Notes: a model not told the origin generated them from the sequence alone. DNA of 63,976 bases, filler included, from Octopus bimaculoides (GCF_001194135.2; 6 parts of 4 records of this genome joined end to end with filler, not necessarily neighbours in it), one strand, 5' to 3'. Shown: positions 13,541-26,664, counted from the whole stretch's first letter. Numbers and translations are program-made.

Positions 13541-15110
13541 CTTGCGGAAAGGAAAACAAAGAGTATTACAAAATTATGAATAACACGCATCAGTATGAAT
13601 TTTAAGGCCTTAAATTATATACTCAAGGGATATTTAGGTGTGCTGCTGTAGCTAAACACCCTCTGCGGCGTACTGTTTGAAAACCACTGATTTAAGGCCT
13701 CAAGTAAAGAGGTTTAGGGTGTCTAGTCACAGTTATGTGCATTGGGCTATTTAAGAATTGTATAGTACGGTTATAAACAAAATATGGTGTCGTCGATTAG
13801 ATACTTTCATTGATCGCTCAACAGGTTGCCTGTTAGACAACTCGGAAATTCATACCTACAGTTATGGTCTCAGCTTGAACGCTTTTGATATCGGTATCCT
13901 TAATCGGGCTGACCTAGGGCTCAACAAAAACAATAGTAACAGCAACAACGACAACAGCAAATTATGCACGCACTCAAAATATGAATATCATTTATTTGGA
14001 AGTTTTGGATTTGAATGCACTGAAAAGTGAGGGTTTATGACATTAACCTATTTTCCCAGGGCATCAACGATCTAAGCCAAAGGAAACGGCGTGGATTAGG
14101 AATCGTAACTAGAACACGTGTTACGGGTTGTAGGGAACTTACCCTTAATCCAGTGAAGTAGAGCTGAGTTTCAATATTCGATTAGTTCAATTTCCCTTCA
14201 CTTATATTACCAATGCAATTGGACAATGGAATGAGCATCACACAGTTACATTTCCTTTCTATAAATTTAAGGTTTTGTGCGTATAGAAGAGAGATCTTTG
14301 TCATTACTACCAACGTGCCGAGACATGATGCTTTACAGAGTTCACCATATACTCTTCTAGTTAATTAGTTCAACTCTTGCTATTAATATCTTCTAGATCA
14401 AATAAGTATGAGCTATAATATTATAATGGGTTAGGGGAAGAGGTTGATTCAATTGACTAAGTTTCTGCCCTGCTTAATATGGCCTTGTGCCTTGCTAAAG
14501 AGAAATCAATATAATTATTACAAGTAGTTTTCAAGACAGAAGACAAAAAGTTGGGAATAAGCAATATATGATACTTTTGAATTTATCCACGACGGTATCT
14601 CGTCTCTGACGCTATTCACTATGAATTATATTTGCAGCAGGTTTAAAAAAAAAAGAAAGAAAGAAAAAGTCTCGTTGCCTTTATTCGTGCTTTATGTATC
14701 GATCATTAACGAGATAGTTCTCTCGGGAATCAATTGAAGTGTTTCATTGTTTGACTCGTACCTTTTATGCTGGTTGAAAGCCAGCAGTCTCTACTTTACA
14801 CAATCTCATCTTTGTAGATAGCAATGCTATTGTTTATTTTTTATTTTTTATTTTCTTCTTCTTACTGAACTTCTATTTCATAAAATCAGATTGAATTGAT
14901 GAGCAAAAGAGGAATATTAATCAATTTCAATAAACCTTGTCAACCTTTGAACGGAAATGCTCTTCACAATATTATGACAGTTAATACAGATTTGTAATAC
15001 TGACAGACGAAAGAAACCAGTTTGACATACATTCAATGTTTATTCAAATTTGTTTACAAGTATCATAATAATATTTCTGCGAGACATTAAACAACAACAA
15101 CACACACACA

Positions 15111-15161
<51 letters not shown>

Positions 15162-15512
15162 NNNNNNNNNNNNNNNNNNNNNNNNNNNNNNNNNNNNNNN
15201 NNNNNNNNNNNNNNNNNNNNNNNNNNNNNNNNNNNNNNNNNNNNNNNNNNNNNNNNNNNNNNNNNNNNNNNNNNNNNNNNNNNNNNNNNNNNNNNNNNNN
15301 NNNNNNNNNNNNNNNNNNNNNNNNNNNNNNNNNNNNNNNNNNNNNNNNNNNNNNNNNNNNNNNNNNNNNNNNNNNNNNNNNNNNNNNNNNNNNNNNNNNN
15401 NNNNNNNNNNNNNNNNNNNNNNNNNNNNNNNNNNNNNNNNNNNNNNNNNNNNNNNNNNNNNNNNNNNNNNNNNNNNNNNNNNNNNNNNNNNNNNNNNNNN
15501 NNNNNNNNNNNN

Positions 15513-15572
<60 letters not shown>

Positions 15573-16111
15573 GAGACACACATAACACACACACATATAT
15601 ATGATGCATGCATATACATACACATACCCATATATATATATATATGTTATAACCTATTTGCCCCGTATACTATATTTGTTAATAGTGTTTCTTCCACAAT
15701 ATAAGTATGCATTTTATGAAATGGTGTGTACAGTTCAAACAGTAAAAAAAAGTAATTCAGCTGTATATGGAGAACATTTGGGCTCCTATGAGAAGCATTT
15801 GATTGAAAAGCATGAAACATCTGAAATTATTTCGAAAAATCACTTCGATAATCAATAATATAAATTACATAAATGAATTTTGTTTTAGTTTATTTGAAAT
15901 CTAATTTGGTCAAACGCTAACTCATCAATAATAAATTGTGAATCAGATATAGAGAATATGGCGAATCTGCAGTTGATCTCAAGAGAAAGCAAAGAGCTTT
16001 TGGAATTATAGTATCAAACTATATCGTTTCGTTTCCACGTATGTTTTCTAAAGACTATTCAGTTAATTGGTTGATTGGCAGCAACCCAATCAGTATTACG
16101 TTCTAACTCAC

Positions 16112-16285
16112 AGACTTTCACTGCTGCCTCTTTCTTCTGCGGCTGCTATGATACTTTCTGTTTCTCTAAACAGCCGGCTGCCTACTACCTCATTCTAAGT
16201 CAACTCGTTGCATAGACCTCTCAACCAATTGTCATCCTCTGCTACCGAACTAAGAACATCCCTCGCCTTTCCTATATATAACACA
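16112..16285 (-). promoter_or_regulatory. Possible TATA promoter plus non-coding first exon
   Basis: TATATATA at 16273-16280, Inr-like TTAGTT about 25 nt downstream, GTGAGT donor after 16112, several CCAAT boxes at 16065-16092. All frames are closed. Confidence 0.22.
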
Positions 16286-16329
16286 ATTATTTCCCTGGTC
16301 ACTTAAGCAAGAACTTATGTAGTATAAAC

Positions 16330-16400
16330 CAGTGTTTCTCAACCATTTTACCCTTGCGCAACCCTTAAAATAAATTACATGTCTCAAGGAACCCCTGCAC
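16330..16400 (+). mobile_element. hAT (Charlie-like) terminal fragment
   Basis: CAGTGTTTCTCAACC terminus typical of hAT-Charlie MITEs. A similar end GTTTGAAAACCACTG occurs at about 13675-13689. Confidence 0.35.
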
Positions 16401-16603
16401 AAAAAAAAAATTATATACTATATCTTTCTCATATTCTTTTCATCGTAGTTCATGTGGTGGGACTTGATTGATGAAAGAAAGCCAAGACCCGTCTTATTTT
16501 TGCCTGTCCTTCTAATTGTTGTTTCTCTTGTCCGCTTTTGTATCATTTATCTGTCCGAACGTTTTAATGCCCTCTATTGCGTTTTTGTTCCATTTTTATA
16601 GAC

Positions 16604-17021
16604 GCAGGAGTGGCTGTGTGGTAATTAGCTTGCTTACTAACCACATGGTTCCGGGTTCAGTCCCACTGCGTGGCACCTCGGGCGAGTGTCTTCGACTATA
16701 GCCTCGGGCCGACCAAAGCCTTGTGAGTGGGTTTGGTAGACGGAAACTGAAAGAAGCCTGTCGTATATATGTATATATATATGTGTGTATGTATGTGAGT
16801 GTATGTGTTTGTGTGTGTGTGTGTGTTTGTCCCACAACATCGCTTGACAATCGATGCTGGTGTGTTTACGCCCCCGTAACTTAGCAGTTCGGCCAAACAG
16901 ACCGATAGAATAAGTACTAGGCTTACAAAGAATAAGTCCTGGGGTCGATTTCTTCGACTAAAAGGCGGTGCTCTTGCATGGCCGGAGTCAAATGACTGAA
17001 ACAAATAAAAGAGAAAAAGAG
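16604..17021 (+). mobile_element. tRNA-derived SINE family A, best-preserved copy
   Basis: A-box TGGCTGTGTGG (16611-21), B-box GGTTCAGTCCC (16654-64), central microsatellite, tail AAATGACTGAAACAAATAAAAGAG. Confidence 0.92.
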
Positions 17022-17035
17022 TATACATACAAGCA

Positions 17036-17148
<113 letters not shown>

Positions 17149-17814
17149 CGGCGCACGTACACCCTTGTGCTCGCCTTATAGAAGGTATGTATCTAAATTT
17201 TGTTCGGCTCTTACTCTATCATTTATTCCCCCTTCTCATTTTCCTTCCTTTTTCTCGCTCACCCTTTCTCACATTTCTTGACCCTCTCTTTCTTTAGCTC
17301 CCACTATTTCCCACTCGTTTATCTCCCCTGTACCTTTCTCTTTGTCTCTATTTTTTTTCTAATCCTTCAATCCCGCTGTCCCCTACCCATCTCTCCTCCT
17401 TCCACGTGACCAGTGTCCAGCCAGCCATGATCTTTCTTTGTTGACCTGACTGTCTTGTGTCCATCTCCCATGTTCATGCCTCTAGGCTTTCATTTCATAC
17501 ACGCCTGTTGTTATTGTTCTTTTTATTCGTAATTGTGTACCATGTTTCCCGTTTTTTTTTGTGTTTTTTTTTGTCTTTGTTGTAGTACACATTCTCTAGC
17601 TTTCTTACAAAGGGGTCTAATGCTCTTAGCTTATACTTTTTTGGGGGCAACCAGATCGAACCATCTCAAGTGTAACTACCCGAAATGGGTCGTGACTTCT
17701 GGGACTTGACTCATGAAAGAAAGCCAAGAATGACCCATCTTTTTTTTTGCCTGTCCTTCTAATCCACTTTTACGTTCTTGATTCAAATTTTTCCGAGATC
17801 GACTTTTCCTTTCA

Positions 17815-17985
17815 CTCTTTCGAGGTCGATAAAACAAGTATCTTTTGAGCACTGAGGTTGGTGTAATCAACTCATTCCCTCCCCCGAACTTGCTGGCCTT
17901 GTGCCAAAATTTGAAACCATTGAAGTCGACTAACACCCTTCCACCAAATTTCAGACCTTGTGTCTATAACAGAAAGTATTTTCGT
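17815..17985 (+). mobile_element. SINE family B core and 3' fragments
   Basis: GAGGTCGATAAAACAAGTA...GCACTGAGGT...GCCTTGTGCCAAAATTTGAAACC, shared with the 28221 copy. Confidence 0.65.
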
Positions 17986-18003
17986 GTTTTTACAATTATT
18001 CAC

Positions 18004-18035
18004 CTTTGAGTTGTCTTTTGTTGTTCCTTGTAGTC
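18004..18035 (-). other. Candidate 32-nt exon
   Basis: Acceptor aaaattttcAG and donor AAAG/GTGAAT; open in all three frames. Could be chance in AT-rich DNA. Confidence 0.18.
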
Positions 18036-18729
18036 CTGAAAATTTTGATAAATTTTACTTTTCGAAGTGGATTGAAAGCTTTTCTTATATTTGGATTAAT
18101 TAAAAAAAATACAAATTCTCTATGATTTTGGAGTATATTTCTTACCACAATTAGCAAAAAAAGATAGGTTATTTTTGACATATTGTGTTTCTCATTGGAG
18201 TTGTAAAAATTACTACAAAAAAAGAAGATACACGCCATAACACACAAATCGAAAAGACAAAATGAAAATAAAAACAACTTAACAAATAAATAAATAAAAA
18301 ATAAAAGAATAAAAGAATCAAAGAAAAGTAGACATTGTAAAGAAATAAATGAAAAAAAAACTTGATTCTTTGTCTCGACAAGACAAATGAAAAATATTGA
18401 CATAATGACATAACCTTATTAGTGAAAACAACAGCAAACAAGTACAACCAGTGTCGCTTGTAACTCAGAAAAATTGAATCCGAGTGAGATATTGCAGAGG
18501 AGCTCAGGAAGTCAGAGTTGCATGGCCAAGGAGGGAACTATTCTCTCTGACCACGTTATTATGGAGTTATTATTTTAGACACTGTATCTATTGATCCTAT
18601 TGTAATAGGAATAACAATCAACACTCTACAGTTCCAAAGCCTTTATAATTCTCGCTTTAGTTTCTGGTACTTATCTAATAATTCGATTTCCTTTTACTTT
18701 ACCCTAGTATCGAATGAGCAGGTTACATC

Positions 18730-19235
18730 TGTTTTCACACGTGATATTGTATCTTTGCTTAGCACAACGATATCCGGTTTTGAATGTCCCAGTTTTTTAC
18801 CTGTCTCATAACATTTATAGCCGATCAGTTTCAACTATTTTTGTTGGTCTGTCTGGGTGTACTATATTGTGCGTTTTGCACAATTGCCAGTGTATAACTG
18901 ATACAATTTTATTGTATCTTAAGCCTTTGTATTGTACCTATGCCAGGTTCTTATTCTTTGATATACAAGTCATCACATAGTTGTCATAATGGTGTTATAT
19001 CTTCCTTATCTTTTTGTCATCAATCTTTTCTTGGACTGCGACTTTCTTCCACTCTCTTTTCCTTAACCAGCCCAAAGTTTTGCCGTTTCAGTGGATTTGG
19101 GAACTAGAATAGTTTTCCCTTTCGTGAGTCATTCAGGAATTGTCTCTGGCTCTGCTAGTATGTCGTTAAAGTTTTCATCCAGCTTTTTGTGTATTCCTGT
19201 CAGATATTTTAACCAGAAGTTGGGGATCTTGAGGG
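18730..19235 (-). mobile_element. R4/Dong-like LINE, internally deleted
   Basis: HKKLDENFNDILAEPETIPE*LTKGKTILVPK (pre-RT), VIHWQLCK, HPDRPTKIVETD and KPDIVVLSK (RLE motif). Confidence 0.7.
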
Positions 19236-19243
19236 ATCTTAAG

Positions 19244-19296
<53 letters not shown>

Positions 19297-19310
19297 CAAT
19301 AATAATAATG

Positions 19311-19359
<49 letters not shown>

Positions 19360-19380
19360 TAATAATTATTATTATTATTA

Positions 19381-20680
19381 CTTCTTGGATCTGTCGGAAG
19401 CTTTCGAAATGGGCGACCATCACTACTTAGCAACAATCCTAGAAGCAGCCGGTTCAGACCCTTTTGTCAGAGGTTAGATCGCAGCAACGCACAGTGGTGC
19501 TTGCTCGGTAGTTACAGTAAATGGCCACGTTTTGAAACCTCATATTCCGCGCTCGGTCTGTCGGAGGTGTCCTCTCTCGTCTCCTCTATGGATGTTGGTC
19601 CTCCAGCCATTGCTGCAGATGTTAGAACTCCTGAGGGACATCGCTTTTGAGATGGAGTGCAGCAGAACTGCGTCAGTGTATACGGACGACGTTGCCGTAA
19701 TTGTATCGGACGCCACGGAAGTTAATGTAGTCGACCCCATTCTAAAGGAATACGAGGCGACAACAAAGGTGAAGATAAATGTGAACAAGTTGGTGGGATT
19801 GCAGTTCAGCACTTTGAAAGCCATATAAGTGCGATATAAGTCGTTGGGCAGATGGACCGGTTTAGGTGATTGGGGTCTAGTCCGGTCCGGACTTCCATGT
19901 GAACAAGAATTGGGACGTGATTACCCGAAGAGTGGCCAGCCTCACACAGAAATCGGCAGAAAGGAAGCTATCTCTGAAAGGTTGAGCAGAGATGGCGTGA
20001 TATCTACATTACTTTCATCATAACTCACCGCCTGACTGTTGTATCGTATCTCAGTCCCAGTCCCTGTTTGACCGGATTGTAGCAACTGCTATTCAGCTTC
20101 TTGCGGAAGGGGCAAGTTTCACTAGGTAACTGAGCATCTCTAGTTAGCGCTTTATGGAAGTCAGGCCTCACATGATGATGCCTAGACACGCGCACCAATT
20201 GTAGATTTTCCTGGACAATGATCAGGTATAGCTAATTTTGATGGAACTACAGTCTTGGGTCAAGAAAAGACCATTTATGGGCGCTGGAGACTTCCAATGT
20301 CGCCAGACGTTCACCATCCGCCTTTAGTCGGTCAATGCAGTCAATAGAAGTTCCAATTTAGTAATACATAGAGAAATTGTGGTAGGAAAGAGTGATGACA
20401 TTCTCAGGAAAATCTAGATATCGACGAAGACAAAGTAACTTGTCTGCTTCGGAGGATTTTCGGGTTGTTCTACTCAGGGCACTACCAGTTTGAGATAAAC
20501 ACTATAGGCACGGCAGATGCGCGAGGTCTTGTACTTTTGGTGGTCATTGTGCGATGTATTCTTTTTATTCCATCTCTCCCATTCCCTCATCTTTTTTATG
20601 TGAACCCACACAAATTCTAAACTGCTTTTGTATTGTCCACTTTATCAGAGGTCCCTGTGACAAACAAAAGAGATTATTAT
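19381..20680 (+). mobile_element. Tx1/L1 LINE 5'-truncated copy 1
   Basis: LDLSEAFEMGDHHYL...SVCRRCPLSSPL...VYTDDVAVIV RT motifs, then 3'UTR ending CAAACAAAAGAGATTATTATT. Confidence 0.85.
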
Positions 20681-21300
20681 TAGACTGGTCTAAGGCATTT
20701 GACAGGATGGACCATTGCTTTTCGGTGGCTGTCCTAAAAGCTGTCAGTTTCGGTCCCGTCTTTGGAGGGTTGGTCACCACAATGTATAGTGGTGTCTGCT
20801 CGGTAGTCAAATTAAATGGCTACCTCTCGGAACCTTTCAGTATTGAACACTCGATCAACCAAGGATTCCTTCTCTCCTCGCTTTTATATACTTTGGCATA
20901 TCAGAACCTTTGCTTTGAGGGCTAGCGAGTTTGAGGGGCACAAGAGAGCCGCGTCTGCATACGTAGACGACGTCACGGTCATGGTGTCGGACTCTTCGGA
21001 TATAGAAACGGTTGACACTATACTGAAAGAATATCAGATATGTACAGGAACACATAAGCTAGGATAAATCAGTGAATTTGCTACTAGCGTCTTGGAGAGG
21101 CAATCCATGTTGACTAGCGGTGATTTTTGTCGCTGAACGAAGGGTCCGGGGAAAGTGCTGGTTCGGACCATATCTCCAGGTGGACAGGAACTGGGATGAG
21201 GTCATGGTCAGGTTGGGCAAGCTCACTCAGAAATGGGCAGAAAGGAAGTTGTCTCTCAAATAATTAGCGAATGCATACATCTCCTCGGTGGAGCACTAAC
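20681..21300 (+). mobile_element. Tx1/L1 LINE 5'-truncated copy 2
   Basis: LDWSKAFDRMDHCF...SINQGFLLSSLLY...AYVDDVTVMV RT motifs. Confidence 0.85.
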
Positions 21301-23562
21301 TCCATGGGAACCACTACTTGATGCTGCATTATGGTGAGGTCGACTTTGCCTTCATCCTTTCGGGATCGATAAAATAAGTTCTGAGAATTATAAATTAACA
21401 TGTTTTACTGAACTAAAACTTTCCTTTTAGGATTAGTTTATTTTAGAAAACGGGAACGTCGGTATATCTGCTGCAATACACGATTTAAGCAGGCCTACAT
21501 TAGACACTATTTGATATTTTGCCAAGATTCGTGGTGTTTATAAATCGTTTTTGATATTATTCTGCTAGAGGAGCAGTAAGAGAAAGTAACAAGACAGAGT
21601 AGCATCAACACCTCTTTAAAATAGAACAACATATCATTCTCTGAAAACAAGAAAACGAGTTAAAAATACAAGCAGAAAAATATAAAGATGAGTAAAATTT
21701 TGACCAAGAAATAAACATATTCGCAAAGTTTGATGTCCGAATACGCAAATTTGAGCAAAAAAACAACAAAAAAACAGAAAACACAACGATGATGACGACA
21801 ACGCGCGCGCACATACATTCACTTGTTAATCGAAGAAAATAGAGAAAAAGACAGGACAATTTCTGAAAATATACCGATTAACCGAGAATAAATCTAAACA
21901 AAGAAAACGACCGCACTTTTCATGGACAAACTCCAAAATGTTCAAAAGTGCCTTTAGGTACACAAATTTCAAAATAAGCAGTAAAGGACTGGAATCGTAA
22001 AGGGATGCAAAAACTGTGAGGAGCTCATCCCTCCTCTAGCACCACACACACTGCATTGAAATTTACAGTTCTTAGCGCAACAAATTCGGTGTAGATTGTC
22101 GAGATGGCTGGCTATGAATACATAGAGCGTGCAAAAGACAGGATGTTAAAAACCGAAGAAGAATACTGGGAAGAACATAAAATAGACTTAAACCACACAC
22201 ACACACACAGATACAGACAGAATTGAAGCAGGTAGTATCCAGTGACACACGATGGCCTTACCCGCTGTCGAAAGCAACTCCAAGCGCCGAGTTTCACATT
22301 AAGTGAGCACAGGCTTCTAATTAGTAGGTTGCTGATGTCTGTGTTGTGTCATCGCAGTAAGACGACACTGGAGTGTTCTCTCCTAGGTCAAATCTGATCA
22401 CAATTAGTATAGAAGACCAGCAGTTCCCATGCAGCTCTCCTTTTCCTATGCCTTTGAAGTTGCTCAAGGGAAGAGTAAGGGCCAATAAGGTTTGGAAACA
22501 GTTTGTCACAAAAGTTGTCAGAATAAAAACTGAAACAGCGACGGACTGACTTAGAGACTATAGATTAGAATTTGTTCTCTGGGTTTACTCTTGAAGCCTT
22601 TCCCACATAGTTACGATGAAACGGGGATTTCATATAAGAATTTACTCTCTTTTACATGAACTATTTCTCCAGACTGACGAGTTACATGCACCAGAAGCGC
22701 TGATTTTAAGGAGCTGCAAAATGCCTTCGCCTCATCTCCTGTGAGAATAAACAGATTCGCTCGAGCTTTGAGATTAGGAGATGGACTCGGTTATCAGAGA
22801 GTGTTTGAGATGCATTCCGTAAGAAGTACTTCTTAGTAGCAAAAGTTGGTTTCCGACACGCTTCCTTGGCTTCAGTAACTGCGTGTACGTGAATGTATGC
22901 GTATACAAATATATATAGCTACGCACATTCATTCAAAATACATACATACATACATGCATACATACATGCATGCATGCATACATACATGCATACATACATA
23001 CATACATACATACATACATAATACATACATACATGCATACATACATACATGCATACATACATACATACATACATACATACATACAAATATACATACAGAA
23101 GGAAAGCAAAGAGTTATTACCAGAAAATATCGCAAAAAATTATATTCTGTATTGTAAATATCACACCAAATCAAGGGAGGTAAGAATAACATATTCATTT
23201 TAAGACATAAAAAAAGAAGCAAACTAAATCAATCAATAAAGGAATAACAAAAGACTCATATGATTAGCTTTAAATTTAAGAAAAGTAGGAACGAGGAGAA
23301 AGAGTATCAAATATCCTCCTGCACACACCTAAAAGTCTAGTTCTATAAAAATGTGGGGAAAAGTAAGAAATAAAATTCATTTCAATGCGGACCTGAGTAA
23401 ATAACAAAATTCATCCACATATTGACTACTAAAGTAGTTGAAAGAGAAATAAAAGGCAGAAAGTGCAAGTATATAGTTACAATAACTAAGTGCAGGAGTG
23501 TATAATTACAAAGAGTTCATGGTGGGATTAGTACAACCATTTCATATAAGCAGATAAGGAAT

Positions 23563-23614
<52 letters not shown>

Positions 23615-24037
23615 TGATAATAATAATAATGATAATAATAATAATTTCTTTCAGAAGAATCATTATTATTAAACAATGATCATTATGAAATCCTAATTTT
23701 TAAATAAGTTAAAAAAAATACGCTAGATCAAGCCAAGTACTAAATTATATTAGAAAAATTTTAAATAAAGTTTCAATTAAAAATAATTACATAATTACTT
23801 AGACATGTCACTTCTGAAGGACCTGGTGTTTATTTATTTATTTATTTTTTCGCATATATGAAAACTTTCATGCAAATTTATGTCTAATACTATTAATGTA
23901 AATATTTAACCTTNNNNNNNNNNNNNNNNNNNNNNNNNNNNNNNNNNNNNNNNNNNNTTAATTAATTAANNNNNNNNNNNNNNNNNNNNNNNNNNNNNNN
24001 NNNNNNNNNNNNNCCTCCACACATACACACACACACA

Positions 24038-24074
<37 letters not shown>

Positions 24075-24084
24075 TCATTAATAC

Positions 24085-24220
24085 AACGTGTCCGAAAAAG
24101 TGTGGCTTTGGGATAAGAAGTGCGCTTCCAAGAAACATGATTGCGGACTCAGTCTCACTGCGTAACACTATGGGCTTACCAACGACTTGTGAGTGGTGTT
24201 GGAATACGGAAACTATCTTT
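24085..24220 (+). mobile_element. SINE family A 5' fragment
   Basis: Degenerate head and CCAACGACTTGTGAGTGG...ACGGAAAC segment. Confidence 0.55.
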
Positions 24221-24902
24221 TCATATTTATTAGGTGTTTGTGAAGAAATAGGAAGCTGAAGAAGAAACGTGGTCTTAATTTACTTACGTCCTATTGTACC
24301 AAATATAAACTTGTTATAACAATTGAGTTATCTGGGAATTTCGCTTGTGAAAGTGATGTATTATTGGTTCATGGCGTGTTTTTTAAGTAGATTTCTTTTG
24401 TGAAAACATAAGTCCAATTTTGTAAAATTATGTATTTAAACGGAAAAAAAGTAGTTGATGGAATGACGGGGTTGAGAAAGGGCGCCATGAGCGAAGAAGG
24501 AGACAGGTTGTAACGGAGACGTCTATTGTAGAACGGTTATTGATAGAAGGGTAATAGGAAGAGGGAGGTTTACACTGGGTGGAGGTAAATATATAAGAGA
24601 TGCGGGAGAGACATAAAAAGGATGAGAAAAAGAGAGACGGGAGGAAGAGAAAAATGGGGGCAAGAGGAAAAGAGAGGTAGACTAATAATCTACAATTAAA
24701 GGACATATATTAAATAGTGGAATATACTGAATTCACGGTCACGACATTCGGGCATAGACACATTCATTTACATATTTAAACATACATATCCATATATTAA
24801 TTCATTCAGACAGAAAGACGGATAGGGAGACAGACAGTCAAACAGACAGATAGATAGTGCACATATTGGGTTAAAAAACCCTTTAGATAGAAAAAGTTGA
24901 AG

Positions 24903-24970
24903 GCTGCCCGTGAGACGCGAACCCACATCTCATGTAAACGTGACAGACGTTCTACCTATTGGACGAAGGC
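24903..24970 (-). pseudogene. tRNA-like remnant (pseudo-tRNA or SINE head)
   Basis: D-arm-like GTCCAATAGGTAGAAC and T-arm-like GTGGGTTCGCGTCTCAC; acceptor stem decayed. Confidence 0.3.
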
Positions 24971-25377
24971 AATCCTTCAAAAATACTTATAAAATGTCCC
25001 ACTAGCTGTTCATCTTCAGACATTCGATCGTTGTAAAAATATAATAAAATGTTCCTTCGATGATCCGTTGCGGTTTAATGCAATATTCCAAACAACCGCA
25101 ATAGTGAAACGTACGTAGGAAGAAATGATATAAATTTATGTTTATCGTAATTTCTTATGTGTTTGGGTGCGTGTACGTATGTGTGTATGGAGAGTGAGAC
25201 ACACACAAACGCATTCATATATATATATATATATAATCATAAATATACAGGGATTAGCATTGAGTTGCTTCTCCAACATACTGAAAATTTAGAAATAGCA
25301 GTCAAAGAACTACTGATTCTAAACTACAAATTTTTCTCCATTTAGAGAAAAATTTGTAGTTTAGAATCAGTAGTTCT

Positions 25378-25423
25378 AAACTGCGAGTCCGCTGCCCTAA
25401 CCACCGGGCCATTGCGCCTCCAC
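25378..25423 (-). mobile_element. Truncated tRNA-derived SINE head
   Basis: GGCGCAATGGCCCGGTGGTTAGGGCAGCGGACTCGC: A-box and D-arm only, fused to a perfect palindrome. Confidence 0.6.
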
Positions 25424-26134
25424 CGTATGTATATATGTATACATGAATTTATGTATGTATATTAAACAAGAATGTCGTTAACAGTGACTTCGAAGTTTCG
25501 GCCAGCTCAACCAGTTTGACAATTACTTAGCTGGCCGAAATTGTCAACAATATTTTGCTTAAGAATAATAAATTTGCACTTTACAGAACTATAGAGTAAC
25601 CCATTAAATTGATGTAAAATTATTTATATTATGACCAAAAATAAGAACAGACATTATCGGACCATATACGTATAATCACACCTCCATAAACACATTATCT
25701 CCCTGTCTCTGTCTGTCTGTCTGTCTGTCTCAGTCTGTCTCCCCCCCTCTCTCTGTTTTCCTCTTTCTGTTCCCTCTCTGTCTGTTCCTGCTTAACAACA
25801 GCCGTATCTCGTAGTTAAATTCCCTGTTTCTCAACACTTGATTTTCGATCTCATAAACGAACTTATCTAGTTAAAAATCATTAAATTCCAAAATTGAGCA
25901 TCGCCATCACAAAGCGATGATATCTACTCAGAGATAACAACAAAAATGCATTTTTATATAAAGATGAATTTTCCATGCATCAATGGTCATTGCTTTCACA
26001 GACAAAATTTTGTAAACAATTCCATTGAGATAATACCGTGCACTTTTACACAATGCACCACCTACTGACATTTTAACCTCGCAAATATTATTTATTTTAT
26101 TTATTATTTGTAAATCGGAAAACTAGCCACTTAC

Positions 26135-26194
26135 GTTCGCTTACCACCTCAATCTGTCGGCTTACAACCACATATCTCCAACTGAAGTCATTAC
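26135..26194 (-). other. Candidate exon with three tandem 5' splice sites
   Basis: Acceptor attcttttcaAG (26196-26195). Donors GTAAGC (exon end 26166), GTAAGC (26145) and GTAAGT (26135). Confidence 0.35.
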
Positions 26195-26319
26195 CTTGAA
26201 AAGAATATTAAGTGAATATAAAAGCAAGTATCCCATTAGAAAGACTGAATCGCAGTTCAGACGTGAGATGCTCAGCCTGTCGTGAACAACCCATCTCTAC
26301 CCAAACTAGCTCAATGCGG

Positions 26320-26400
26320 CCCAACCCAGGCCAACCCAGCCCACCCTTACCAAGCTCAGCCCAATCTCAGCCCAACCCAGCCCGGCGCAGCCCGCTCAGC
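26320..26400 (-). repeat. (CCCAG/CCCAA)n-like repeat; G-quadruplex-forming on - strand
   Basis: The minus strand reads GGGTGGGCTGGGTTGGCCTGGG plus further G3 runs. Confidence 0.6.
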
Positions 26401-26444
26401 CTAGCGAAGCAAAATTTTGCTATAATATATACACACACACTTAC

Positions 26445-26582
26445 ATTAACACAAGAAATATTAGTGGAATATTCCGCTCAGCATTCCTATTAAGTGTAAA
26501 TATAACAGGCCGGATATCCATGTTTGAGACAGGAATAAAAAGGTATGTATCAGCCGGCTGCTCTGATGATGTGAATATCTCT
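26445..26582 (-). other. Candidate 138-nt exon, either 5'UTR plus ATG (MDIRPVIFTLNRNAERNIPLIFLVL) or symmetric phase-2 coding exon
   Basis: Very strong acceptor tttttttcttctttttAG and donor GTAAGT. One fully open frame, with caaacATGG at 26521. Confidence 0.45.
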
Positions 26583-26664
26583 CTAAAAAGAAGAAAAAAA
26601 ATGAAAGCTATAGCTTCTATACCCAGATTATAAGTTCACATTCATATCAGTAATAAATGGTGCA

